In this document: in pieces, positions 28,949 to 38,882 of the stretch
How the letters are laid out: every line of letters starts with the position of its first letter
Position numbering within the stretch: position 1 is the stretch's first letter
Assembly (NCBI GenBank): GCA_025463215.1
Contig: JAOBWF010000296.1
Coordinates: 14,098-78,097, forward strand
Direction of reading: 5' to 3'
DNA from: Acidobacteriota bacterium
Lineage (GTDB): Bacteria > Acidobacteriota > Vicinamibacteria > Vicinamibacterales > CAVVIG01
Length of the DNA stretch: 64,000 nucleotides
Translations under genes and position numbers: made by a program
Notes under the pieces: model-generated
Told to the model about the DNA's origin: nothing
The model's input: only the letters and a program-made list of their open reading frames with translations
Database searches by the model: none

Positions 28949-30078
28949 GTCCTCAATGCCGCGGTGGCCCAGGCCGGCGTCTTGTCGGTGTGGCACGTCG
29001 TGCACGCGTCCGGCATCTTCAGCCGTTCCGCTTCCGCCGGCACGATGAACTTGAACGTATGGCTGCGCACCATGACATCGCCCAGCATCTGGGCAATCTT
29101 CGGCATGTGACAACTGACGCATTCGCTGCCGGCCGATCCCGGTGCGTGGTGGGTGTGTTGCTCGATCGTCGCTGTATGCGGGCCGTTCGGCGACTTCGGG
29201 CCATGACAGGTCAGGCAGACTGTGCGCGCCGGCTTGATCAAATCGGCATTGTTCGGTGTCCCGTGCGGATCGTGACAGCTCGCACAGGTGACGCCGCGCG
29301 TATACATCAGGCTCTGAACGAAGTCGTTGCCCTGCATTCGATTCTCGCGGGCACTGCCCTCGGCAAAATGCAGGGTGTCCTGCGTACCCACGGTGTGGTC
29401 GTCCAGTTTCCAGAAGTCGGCGAGTCGCAGACCAACGCGAAACCCCACCGGCCAGTGAAACTCACGGCCTCCGATGGGACCATGTGGATGGCCTTCGGAG
29501 TGACACTGAACGCAGACGTCCACAGCCGCAACGGTCGACAGCTTCGCGGGATTCACGATGTTCGTCGCCGCCGGCCGCGCGACGTGATCGCTGCCCGGCC
29601 CGTGGCACCGCTCGCAGCCGACGTTCCATTCCGTCACCGTCTTACGCTCGACGTCGTAATTGACCGAGTGGCAGCCGTCGCAGAGCGCGCTGGTCGCGCG
29701 GCTGACGCCGTACGCGACCCACCGACGATGCGTCACGTCCCAGGTCACCGGGAACGGGTTAAAGTCGTCTCCCACCTTCTTGAAGTAGCGCTGCTTGTAT
29801 TTGCCGCCGTAGACGAACGCGATCTGATCCTTCGTGAAGGTCACGAGCGCATCCGGCGTGCTGAAATCCCCGACGATCGCCTCAGGATGCTCGCGCGGGT
29901 CGCGGACGACGTTGGCCATGCGGGTCTTCTTCCAACGCTCGAAAGTCGGCGCATGGCAGCGCCCGCAGGCGGCCGAACCGACATAAGTCGCAGTGGCTGG
30001 CGCCGGCGACTGCGCCACCACCCACATGGTCGCGCACGAGAGACAGCTGGCCAGCACAACGAGCCGCAGTCCGGTCAT
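28912..30078 (-). CDS. octaheme cytochrome c, copy 2
   Basis: 8 CxxCH: CGRCH, CDGCH, CERCH, CVQCH, CASCH, CLTCH, CVSCH, CTTCH; same C-terminus WPEFSPWRVGQ as copy 1. Confidence 0.92.
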   Translation of the reverse strand: MTGLRLVVLASCLSCATMWVVAQSPAPATATYVGSAACGRCHAPTFERWKKTRMANVVRDPREHPEAIVGDFSTPDALVTFTKDQIAFVYGGKYKQRYFKKVGDDFNPFPVTWDVTHRRWVAYGVSRATSALCDGCHSVNYDVERKTVTEWNVGCERCHGPGSDHVARPAATNIVNPAKLSTVAAVDVCVQCHSEGHPHGPIGGREFHWPVGFRVGLRLADFWKLDDHTVGTQDTLHFAEGSARENRMQGNDFVQSLMYTRGVTCASCHDPHGTPNNADLIKPARTVCLTCHGPKSPNGPHTATIEQHTHHAPGSAGSECVSCHMPKIAQMLGDVMVRSHTFKFIVPAEAERLKMPDACTTCHTDKTPAWATAALRTWPEFSPWRVGQ

Positions 30079-30136
30079 TCGTGATCCAGTGCGCACGCGG
30101 GTAAACCTAGCAGGAAACCATTCGATTTCTCCGAAT

Positions 30137-30163
30137 CTGACGCAAACGTCAGGAACATGTCAG
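30137..30163. promoter_or_regulatory. CTGAC-N6-GTCAG(-N6-GTCAG) box upstream of the octaheme operon
   Basis: CTGACGCAAACGTCAGGAACATGTCAG. Confidence 0.6.
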
Positions 30164-30231
30164 GCGCGGCGCCGCGATGCATCGCTACGAGTGATCGCCC
30201 TTGCGTCGCGCGGCGCGACCTGACAATTTCC

Positions 30232-31047
30232 CACACCCTGGCCGGTTCGCTGGCGACCGCGCTGGGCTCCTTGAGCGCCGGCGCCATCGTTCAGGCGCTG
30301 CAGCGGACTGGCGCGATGACCGACGTCAGCAGCTATCGCCTCGTGATCCTCGTCTACGCCGCCCTGGGAGCCGTGCTCGCATTCCTGATCACACGTGTGT
30401 CGTCAGCGTCGGAGGTCGTCGGCCAGGGCGAGCAACTCGCGGCTCGAGCGACGCTCGCCGGTCTTACGGGTCTCCACGAAGGGCGCCGCATCGTGCTCAA
30501 ACTCTCGAGTTTGTTCGCGCTCGACTCATTCGGCGGCGGGTTCGTGATCCAAAGTTTCGCGGCCTACTGGTTTCACCTGCGGTTCGGTGTGAATCCAGCA
30601 ACACTGGGTGTCCTGTTCTTCGCCGCGAACGTCCTCGCGGGCATTTCGGCGCTTTTCGCGGCCCGGATGGCCGCCCGCTTCGGCCTGCTCAATACGATGG
30701 TCGCCACGCACCTGCCGTCGAACGTTCTGCTGATTCTCATACCGTTGATGGGGACCCTGCCGCTGGCGGCGCTGTTGCTGCTCGTCCGCTTCAGCATCAG
30801 CCAAATGGATGTTCCAACGAGGCAGTCCTATGTGATGGCCGTCGTCCGGCCGGAGGAACGCTCCGCTGCGGCGGGCATCACGGGAGTGGCGCGAACCCTC
30901 GGCGCCGCACTCAGCCCGATGCTCGCGGGTCTGCTATTCGCCAGACCGTCACTGATCAATGTTCCGTTCTTCATCGCCGGCACGCTGAAGATGACCTACG
31001 ACGTGTGGCTGTATCGGGAGTTCAGGGCGGTCCGGCAGCACGACTAA
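30232..31047 (+). pseudogene. 5'-truncated MFS transporter
   Basis: Only C-terminal TMs present (LFALDSFGGGF, SQMDVPTRQSYVMAVV); no credible start or N-terminal helices. Confidence 0.7.
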
Positions 31048-31079
31048 GGCGAAGCGACGCTCTCCCAATTAGCGCACTT

Positions 31080-31280
31080 CACCCGAAGGTTAATGCCGCG
31101 AGCTCGTGCGCGAGTGACCCGGTGAACCCTTCGATCGCCATCTTCCTCGCGGTGTATGCCGCAGCCAGCGGCATCGGCGCTCGTGTCACGCTCGACGTGA
31201 CGTTCACGATCACGCAGGACCCTCGCACACGAAGCTGAGGCAGCACCGCCCTGCGTCATCGCCATCACGCCGAAGGTGAC
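31080..31280 (-). pseudogene. degraded SDR oxidoreductase internal fragment
   Basis: Minus-strand translation TFGVMAMTQ / VIVNVTSSVTRAPMPLAAAYTARKMAIEGFTGSLAHELAA with frameshift; YxxxK motif. Confidence 0.65.
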
Positions 31281-31323
31281 GCGTGCTCGGACGCTCGTCA
31301 CTTGGCGGCCGACGCACCATCAT

Positions 31324-31920
31324 CTAGATTGGCTTTGCCTCGCGCGCGCCGTCGTCCGGTCCGTCCAATATCGCCTCGGCATCGATTGTGATGTCGATCG
31401 TCTTGCCGACCACGACCCCGCCTTTCGCGACGACATCATTCCAGCTGACTCCGAAATCGTGGCGGTTGATCCTCGTGTGTGCGACGAATCCGGCTCGCAC
31501 CCTCGGACCCTTGTCGATCCATTTTCCCTCCTCCTCTTCCCACCAAGGGGTTAGCCATTCGCCGAGGAATCTGACATTGAGTTCAACCTCGCGCGATACC
31601 CCTCGGATCATCAGCGCGCCTGTCAGGGTGTAGTCGCGCGCGCCTGCGACTTCGACCTGATTGCCTTTGAATGTGATCCTCGGATGATTCTCGACATCCA
31701 GAAAATCAGCGCTCCGGAGGTGTGCGTCACGCTGAGGCTGCCCCGTCCAGATCGCCGCGGCATCGATTGCTACGTCAGCTGAGGACTGAGCGGGATTCTC
31801 GGGATCGAAGACCAGTGATCCGCTCACGTTCTTGAAGTGCCCGCGAACGTACGTGACCATCATGTGCCGCGCGCGAAACATTGCGGCGGTGTGACCCGGT
31901 TCGAACAACCATGTACCCAT
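31324..31920 (-). CDS. YceI family protein
   Basis: FRARHMMVTYVRGHF, RDAHLRSADFLDVENHP, INRHDFGV. Confidence 0.92.
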   Translation of the reverse strand: MGTWLFEPGHTAAMFRARHMMVTYVRGHFKNVSGSLVFDPENPAQSSADVAIDAAAIWTGQPQRDAHLRSADFLDVENHPRITFKGNQVEVAGARDYTLTGALMIRGVSREVELNVRFLGEWLTPWWEEEEGKWIDKGPRVRAGFVAHTRINRHDFGVSWNDVVAKGGVVVGKTIDITIDAEAILDGPDDGAREAKPI

Positions 31921-31993
31921 CTCACAGACTCCGCTCAGCCGTGACGCCCATTTCGACCTCCATGCCGTGTCGCGCAGTCGCGGACGACGACAG

Positions 31994-32523
31994 TCAGTAG
32001 TACCGCCGGCGGTAGGTCAGCGCGAACACAATCGGCAGCGCGACGAAGATGCTCAGTGCGAGTACCGGAGCGAGGAACGCGCATGCGATCCCCAGCAGCG
32101 CGACAAGCAACTGCACACCGAAACGCCGCACAATGTAGCGTCGCTGGTTGACTGTCGGTTGGTCTGTGATGTGAGAATGGTCCGCGACGAACCACACGCC
32201 TGCCAGCGTCGACGTACAAGCGGCGAGATTGGCACCATAAATGGCGAGCGCCACCGGCGCGAGCGGGTAACGACCGAGCACCGCGGTCGAGAAGGGTAAC
32301 ACGGCAATCGTGAATAGAAACAGCATGTTCGCCCAGATCAGAGTGACCTTGACGCCGCGCAGTGAGGCGAAAATCAGGTGGTGGACGAGCCAGTAGTACG
32401 CAACGATTGCGAAGCTCAGCGCGAAGGTTCCGAGCTCGGTGCGCTAATCCCTTCTGTCCGGTCGGTTCGATATTTCCGACCGGTTCCTTGTCTTTCCTCG
32501 TTCGACGAACCATCGCTGCTCAT
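31994..32523 (-). pseudogene. TMEM175/DUF1211 K+ channel-like gene with internal deletion and frameshift
   Basis: ATG 32523 (RBS GGAGA) gives ..KYRTDRTEGIS, then joins out of frame to ELGTFALSFAIVAYYWLVHHLIF..WANMLFL..LPFST. Confidence 0.7.
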
Positions 32524-32568
32524 GACATTCTCCCGACAATTGCCTTTCGATGCGGCGGTCGGCGCTGA

Positions 32569-32700
32569 TCAGAGAATCGCTTTCGCGCTTCCAGGGTAGT
32601 CGGTGCGAAAAGCCATCTCGCGGCCCGCATCGTACTCGGCACGCAGCTTGTCCAGCTTCGCGCCGATCAGGCGATACGCATCGCTTCCGAGGATGACCCA
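32569..32700 (-). pseudogene. C-terminal fragment of an SDR oxidoreductase
   Basis: VILGSDAYRLIGAKLDKLRAEYDAGREMAFRTDYP* resembles the SDR C-terminal tail; no upstream domain. Confidence 0.55.
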
Positions 32701-33117
32701 GCCGTCTGTCATCAACGGTGTTCCGCGCAAAGTCGAACACCACGGACGCGCTTAGCTTCAGGAAATCAATAGACAGCGGCCCGATGACGGTTCGAATTCT
32801 GCCGAGGCGGCCAAGTACTGCAGAAGATTTTTCGACCGGATCGGAGGCGGGACATCCATTCGTCTTCGCAGATCAACACGGCGGGCGCGGTGCGCGCAAT
32901 CTGACGAGCCAGAGTCGTCTTGCCGCTGTCGGCTTTGCCAGAAAAGAAGTGCAGTGCCGCTAGTCGCGATTAACCTGGTGTTCACGTGACTCGCCGCGGG
33001 AATCGCGATGGCGGGCGAGGCCTGTCGATCTAGAGGATCCCCAATCGACCATACCGTGAGAGGGTATTGGAACCGCCACCCCCGGCTGTTCACACCACTA
33101 TTGGAGACCGATCCAAA

Positions 33118-33477
33118 ATGAAGTATCTGATGTTCATCAAACATGCCGAAGTCGTCGGAGGGACGCAGCCGCCGAACGCGCTTATGGACGCCATGGGCGA
33201 GTTTGTCGGCAGAATGTTCGCGAGCGGCGTGCTCAAGGACACCGGCGGTCTCAAGCCGATCTCCGAGGCTTACCGGATTCGGTCGAGCGGCGGGAAGCTG
33301 CAGGTGATCGATGGACCGTTTGCGGAGACGAAAGAAATCATCGGCGGCTACGCGCTGGTCGAGACGACGTCGAAGGAAGAGGCCATTGCCGTGGCGCGGG
33401 AATTCATGGAACTGCACCGACTCCATTGGCCGGAATTCGAGTGCGAGTCCGAGGTCCGGCCCGTCGAGGACATGTAG
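33118..33477 (+). CDS. YciI (DGPF) family protein
   Basis: MKYLMFI, VIDGPFAETKEIIGGY, EVRPV; RBS GGAG. Confidence 0.92.
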   Translation: MKYLMFIKHAEVVGGTQPPNALMDAMGEFVGRMFASGVLKDTGGLKPISEAYRIRSSGGKLQVIDGPFAETKEIIGGYALVETTSKEEAIAVAREFMELHRLHWPEFECESEVRPVEDM

Positions 33478-33686
33478 CGCTTCCATCGTTCCCGGCGTAG
33501 CCGACGATGCTGAGTGTACAAGCTGACGCGTGAGTGGATCGAAGGCGCCCCTGATGCGCATCGCCGGTCAATCGGCGCTGTTCGGGTCGCGATAAACGCC
33601 GCAGCGTTTATCAACGGACGCGGCGACGAGCGGCGAAGTATCCGGTGCAAATCAGAAGCTCGCGTTGGGTCTTCGTTCAGTTCCCG

Positions 33687-35624
33687 TCATCTGAACGTCG
33701 CGACGACGTCGCGATCCACAATCCTGATGCGTTCTTGTCGTCGTTCTCGCGCCCCGCGCAGCTCGATCACGTAGTCGCCTGGCGGCAGCGGGCCGAGCGA
33801 CAGGCGGCCGGGCGGTTCGATAGCGCGATCTGACGCGCTGTCGAGCCGCGCGTCCATCATCTGACCAGCGTCGCTCAGGACACGAACCAGCAGCGAACCC
33901 GACGCGGCGGGCAGCTCGACGCTGACGTCGGCTCGATATCCGGCGCCGAGCGTCAGCACGACACCCGCCCGATTCTCCTGGGGAACCTGCACCGTCGAGG
34001 CCACGTACCCAGTCGCGGCCGCCGTCACGCGCAGCGTGCCCACGGGTGCGTCGGACAGCGTGACAGCTCCTTTCGCGTCGGTGACTGCGAGCTGCGGCGC
34101 CCACAGTGGATTCGCCGATGCCACTTCAACGATGGCATTGGGGAGGGGCGCGCCGGATGCGGTCACCACGCGGACCGCCACGCGCGTGTCCGGCAGCGCC
34201 ACGAGCGCCACGTCGTGGAGGATGCCAGGCGGCTCGGGCAAGCGTTGCTCGGTGGCATGAAACCCCGGCGCGGTCACCGTGAGTATCCCCGGGCTGGACC
34301 CGACAGCTTCGAGCAGCGCTTCGCCGCTGATCGTTGTCGTCGCTTCGGCGCGGCCGCCGCCTTCGACGGTCCACGTGACGAACGCTCGCGGCACCGGCCG
34401 GTTCGTGGCAGCGTTGATGACGCGAACAGGCAGGAAGCCGTCCGGGACGGACACGGCGACCTCGCCTCCGTCGATCGGCACGTCGACCCGCCTCACGTAC
34501 AGCGAGTTGGCGAACTGCACGCCAATGTCCGACGGACCTGGCGGGAAACTCGTGAGCGTGACATGCCCGTCGGCAACGGTTGTGCCGCGGCAGTTCGTCG
34601 TATTGAGCGAGAGTGCGATGAGCGACGGCGCACCCCGTCCGGTCAACCGCACGGGCGATGGAGATGCCGGGTTGTCCGGTCTCGCCGACACCACGGCGCC
34701 TTGGAGGGGACCCACCGGCGACGAGATTCGGAACGTGGCTTTGCCTGCCACGACGAAGCGTGTGTTGACGATGCCGGTGCCGGACACCGGTACGGTCCTC
34801 GCGACCGAGAGTTGCTGGGTCACACACGGCCCCACCGCCGCCGTCCGCACCCGATACCGTCCCGCCGCGAGCCGCTCGAAGGTCACGCGCCCCGCCGCAT
34901 TCGTTTGCACGGGCCACGGGAACTGGAGCGGCGACAGCGGCAGCAGATCTTCGAGCAGCACAAGGTGATCCGGCACTGGCCTGCCCGACGCATCGACCAG
35001 GTCGACGTGAAGGGTGGAGCCGGGCTGCACGATAATCGTTCCGCCGTCGAGGATCGCGTCCGCGCCGGTGACGGAGATATTCGGTACGCGCGTCTGCGCG
35101 AAGATCGGCATGTCGAGCGCCAGCGCGGTGATGCCGTGCGGCAGCGGACCGACCCGTGTCGCTCCGTCCGCGTCGAGCTCAAACGAGTTCGCATCCGGCG
35201 CCTCAAGGATCGGCGCGCCCCCGCCGTCGAACGAGCGATAGCGGATCACCGGCGAGGTGATCGGCTCACCCGTCGGGGCAATGAACCGGACGCGGAAATA
35301 GGTCGCGGGCTCGAGATGGATCGGTGGCAGGCGCAGCATTCGTGACGCCGGCACTGTGACGCCGAACGGGTATGGCGCGAAACCCGGCACGCTGACCAGG
35401 ACGCGATAGAGCCCCACCCGATCACCGAGGATGTGGAAGCGGCCGGTTCTGTCGATCGACGTCGACGCCGGAGCGCCCAACGATGAATAGACGACCGTTC
35501 CCGCCGACACCGGAATGCCGCCGGGCGCCAGGACGTAGCCGTAGATCCCGGGCGCATCGGCCGCGTCTTGTGACGTGAGCCAGACTGGGACGGCGAGCAA
35601 CGCGAGCAGTACAAATGGGCGCAT
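33687..35624 (-). CDS. secreted protein with carboxypeptidase regulatory-like (beta-sandwich) repeats
   Basis: Signal peptide; repeated units VDASGRPVP..TNAAGRVTFERLAAGRY, TDAKGAVTL. Confidence 0.75.
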   Translation of the reverse strand: MRPFVLLALLAVPVWLTSQDAADAPGIYGYVLAPGGIPVSAGTVVYSSLGAPASTSIDRTGRFHILGDRVGLYRVLVSVPGFAPYPFGVTVPASRMLRLPPIHLEPATYFRVRFIAPTGEPITSPVIRYRSFDGGGAPILEAPDANSFELDADGATRVGPLPHGITALALDMPIFAQTRVPNISVTGADAILDGGTIIVQPGSTLHVDLVDASGRPVPDHLVLLEDLLPLSPLQFPWPVQTNAAGRVTFERLAAGRYRVRTAAVGPCVTQQLSVARTVPVSGTGIVNTRFVVAGKATFRISSPVGPLQGAVVSARPDNPASPSPVRLTGRGAPSLIALSLNTTNCRGTTVADGHVTLTSFPPGPSDIGVQFANSLYVRRVDVPIDGGEVAVSVPDGFLPVRVINAATNRPVPRAFVTWTVEGGGRAEATTTISGEALLEAVGSSPGILTVTAPGFHATEQRLPEPPGILHDVALVALPDTRVAVRVVTASGAPLPNAIVEVASANPLWAPQLAVTDAKGAVTLSDAPVGTLRVTAAATGYVASTVQVPQENRAGVVLTLGAGYRADVSVELPAASGSLLVRVLSDAGQMMDARLDSASDRAIEPPGRLSLGPLPPGDYVIELRGARERRQERIRIVDRDVVATFR

Positions 35625-35785
35625 GACCCGTCGGCAGTTTGCCTGCCGACCGGTGGCAGGTCAACTTGCCGCCATTCCTTGGACTCGCAACGCTGGTTCG
35701 TGGCCTGCAGCTCTTCGACGCCGTTCGCTCGCCGGCCGCGAACCGCTGAAACGAGCCGGGGTGGCGCTAATCGCTACGATCGCTC

Positions 35786-36253
35786 CTAACGATCGTGCTC
35801 GACAGAACCATGACGCGCTGTCTGCCGAATCATGTGTCCACCGTGCGTGTGGGATCCAAACGCGAATATCGATGGGGCTTCGGCCAGCAACCAGAGCGCG
35901 ATCGCCGCGTCGAAGATCATGCATCCAAACGACGACGTCGGCATGAAGGGCCAGATCGGGTTGCCCCAGAGGTGATGGACGATGTCCCAGCAGGAGTGCA
36001 TGAGCCACGCCACGCCGATGAACCGATAGGATCGCAGGCCGACGTAGATGACCGGCGTCACGATCGCGGGAAAGACGAGCTCCCACGGACCGAATCCGCC
36101 GCTCAGGTACACACCGCTCGCGCCAGCCGCGAGGATCGCGTTCAAGCGGTGACGGGATGGCTCTTTCACCAGCGACATCAGGACGACGAACGCGACGGCT
36201 CCGATGACTGGGCCGAGGTAGTCGATGAGGACAACAGGGGGCGCGCTGTGCAT
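35786..36253 (-). CDS. DUF6010-like membrane protein
   Basis: AGASGVYLSGG, FIGVAWLMHSCWDIVHHL; divergent from the AraC regulator. Confidence 0.7.
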   Translation of the reverse strand: MHSAPPVVLIDYLGPVIGAVAFVVLMSLVKEPSRHRLNAILAAGASGVYLSGGFGPWELVFPAIVTPVIYVGLRSYRFIGVAWLMHSCWDIVHHLWGNPIWPFMPTSSFGCMIFDAAIALWLLAEAPSIFAFGSHTHGGHMIRQTARHGSVEHDR

Positions 36254-36316
36254 AGAGTTCCGCCTTCCGGTCATCCTACGGGTTATGGCAGACTGAGCCC
36301 AGTGGCTCACAAGACA

Positions 36317-37321
36317 ATGCTCGCGGGATTTCAGCCAACCCGATATGGTGCCCGAAGGCAAAGACACGTGGTCGCCGTGGTGGCCTTCGACGGCGTCGTC
36401 CTCGGTGACCTGTCGACGCCATGCGAGATGTTCGGACGGGCTCGCGGTCGCGATGGGCAGCCGTTCTACGAGGTTCGGATTTGCAGCCTCGCGCCTGAGG
36501 TGAAATCCGAGCACGTCACGCTACGAGTCCCATGGCGACTCTCGTCGTTGAGCCGGGCCGACACCGTGATCGTGCCGGGGATGGCCGACCTTGATGGATC
36601 CATTCCCGAAGTCCTGCTGCGGGCGATTCGCCGAGCGGTCGATCGCCGAGCGCGTGTCGCGTCCATTTGTACCGGCGCGTTTGTTCTTGCCGCAACCGGA
36701 GCGCTTGACGGCCTGCGGGCCACGACCCACTGGCTCGCCGCAGCGGAACTGGCGCGGCGATATCCGACGATCGATGTCGACGCGGACGTGCTGTATGTGG
36801 ATAACGGCCAGCTGCTCACGTCTGCCGGCGCCGCCGCAGGTTTCGATCTGTGTCTGCACCTCGTGCGACGCGATCTCGGCGCCGAAGCGGCGGCCGAAGT
36901 CGCGCGAGCCGCGGTGATGCCGCTCGAGCGTGCCGGCGGGCAGGCGCAGTTCATTGTTCATGAAGCACCTGTCGGCGATCACACGTCAATTGGCCAGCTT
37001 CTCCCCTGGATTGAACGGAATCTCAGCAGTGATCTCTCGCTTCCAGTCATCGCACGCCAGGCGGCCATGAGCACGAGAACGTTGAGCCGTCACTTCCGCG
37101 CGCAAATCGGTACGACTCCGGCCGATTGGGTTGCCCGCGCACGCATTCGCCGTGCGCAGCGCCTGCTCGAAACAACGGAGTGGACCGTGGAGAGGCTTGC
37201 CGCAGAAGCCGGTTTCCGATCGGCGGCCGTGATGCGCGAGCACTTCAGCCAGATTGTCGGAACCGCACCGCTTGCGTATCGCCGAGCGTTTTACCGTGGA
37301 AAGAAACCGCAGTCGGCCTGA
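36317..37321 (+). CDS. GlxA-family transcriptional regulator (DJ-1/PfpI + AraC HTH)
   Basis: SICTGAFVLAATG..ATTHW, TSAGAAAG, RAGGQAQF, MSTRTLSRHF; start approximate. Confidence 0.92.
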   Translation: MLAGFQPTRYGARRQRHVVAVVAFDGVVLGDLSTPCEMFGRARGRDGQPFYEVRICSLAPEVKSEHVTLRVPWRLSSLSRADTVIVPGMADLDGSIPEVLLRAIRRAVDRRARVASICTGAFVLAATGALDGLRATTHWLAAAELARRYPTIDVDADVLYVDNGQLLTSAGAAAGFDLCLHLVRRDLGAEAAAEVARAAVMPLERAGGQAQFIVHEAPVGDHTSIGQLLPWIERNLSSDLSLPVIARQAAMSTRTLSRHFRAQIGTTPADWVARARIRRAQRLLETTEWTVERLAAEAGFRSAAVMREHFSQIVGTAPLAYRRAFYRGKKPQSA

Positions 37322-37414
37322 CGCGCCGCAGGCCTGGGCGGCCTTGTTGGTGAGCGTTCGAGTTGCTGCCATAGATCGCGATCTTGGTGCGGCCTTCTCT
37401 GTGAGGTAGCTGGC

Positions 37415-38437
37415 GTGAAAACAATCGGCTTTTTGTCCTTCGGCCACTGGACACCGGCGCCGTATTCCGAGGTGCGGACCGCATCCGACGCCCTTCTGCA
37501 GTCGATCGAGTTAGCCGTAGCCGCCGAGGATCTGGGCCTGGACGGCGCGTACTTCCGCGTGCATCACTTCGCACGCCAGCTCGGCTCGCCCTTCCCGCTC
37601 CTCGCCGCCGTCGGCGCGCGCACAAAAACGATTGAGATCGGGACCGGCGTCATCGACATGCGCTACGAAAACCCGATGTACATGGCCGAGGATGCTGGCG
37701 CCGCAGACATCATCGCTGGTGGGCGTCTGCAACTGGGCATCAGCCGCGGATCACCGGAACAGGTGATCGACGGCTGGCGGCATTTCGGCTATGCGCCGCG
37801 TGACCGCGAGACGACCGCCGACATGGCGCGGCGCCACGCTGAAGTGTTCCTTGAGCGGCTGAAGGGCGAGGGCTTCGCGGAACCCAATCCACGGCCTATG
37901 TTTCCCAATCCGCCGGGGCTGCTGCGCCTCGAGCCCTATTCACAAGGATTGCGCGAGCGGATCTGGTGGGGCTCGAGTTCGAACGCGACGTCCGTATGGG
38001 CCGCGACACTGGGCATGAATCTCCAGAGTTCCACGCTCAAAGATGATGAGACCGGCGAGCCGCTGCACGTACAGCAGCGCAAGCAGATTGAAGCCTATCG
38101 TGCGGCGTGGAAGGACGCCGGACACCGGCGTGAGCCACGCGTATCTGTCAGCCGCAGCATCTTCGCGCTCGTCGACGACCGCGACCGGGCGTACTTCGGT
38201 CGGGACGCCCGCGACCAGGACCAGGTCGGCTACATCGATGCGAACACGCGTGCCATCTTCGGGCGCTCGTACGCCGCGGAACCAGACGTGCTGGTCAAAG
38301 CACTCGCGGCGGACGAAGCTATCAAAATGGCCGACACGTTGCTGCTCACGATCCCGAACCAGTTGGGTGTCGACTACAACGCCCACGTGCTCGAAAGCAT
38401 CCTCAAGTACGTCGCTCCGGAACTCGGCTGGCGCTGA
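37415..38437 (+). CDS. LLM-class flavin-dependent oxidoreductase
   Basis: GFLSFGHW, YFRVHHFARQL, IEIGTGVIDMRYENP. Confidence 0.92.
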   Translation: MKTIGFLSFGHWTPAPYSEVRTASDALLQSIELAVAAEDLGLDGAYFRVHHFARQLGSPFPLLAAVGARTKTIEIGTGVIDMRYENPMYMAEDAGAADIIAGGRLQLGISRGSPEQVIDGWRHFGYAPRDRETTADMARRHAEVFLERLKGEGFAEPNPRPMFPNPPGLLRLEPYSQGLRERIWWGSSSNATSVWAATLGMNLQSSTLKDDETGEPLHVQQRKQIEAYRAAWKDAGHRREPRVSVSRSIFALVDDRDRAYFGRDARDQDQVGYIDANTRAIFGRSYAAEPDVLVKALAADEAIKMADTLLLTIPNQLGVDYNAHVLESILKYVAPELGWR

Positions 38438-38603
38438 CTGCGAACTCTGGTGACGCAACGCTCAGAACAGCGTGGTAGCGGCCGCCGCGTGCATTGGTAT
38501 TCGGGGTTTGACGCCGATCTCAACTACAGACTGTTTCTCCGCAATTTATTGTGGACTCCGCTCAGTCTGAGGCCTTGAGAGCGAGACCACGAAGTCGAGA
38601 AAC

Positions 38604-38882
38604 GCCATCTGCGGCGCGGTCGATGCCCTCACGCGCGCGCTCGCGGTTGAGCTGGCGCCGATCCGCGTCGATGCCGTATCGCCGGGTGTCGTGCGGACGG
38701 CGCTGTGGGACAACATGGCGGAGAACGACCGTGAGGCGCTCTATCGCGAGGTGCGCAGCGCGCTACCGGTCGGCCGCGTCGGCGAGGCGTCCGACATCGC
38801 GGAAGCCTATCTCTATCTGATGCGGGAAGCGTTTAGCACCGGGCAGGTGATTGCCGTCGATGGTGGAACGATGTTGATGTGA
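38604..38882 (+). pseudogene. C-terminal SDR fragment
   Basis: ICGAVDALTRALAVELAPIRVDAVSPG..TGQVIAVDGG; Rossmann N-terminus missing. Confidence 0.75.

Noticed and set aside
32700-32900. Minus-strand peptide IGPLSIDFLKLSASVVFDFARNTV resembling an aspartyl-protease tail
   Set aside because: Too short and weak to call without a search
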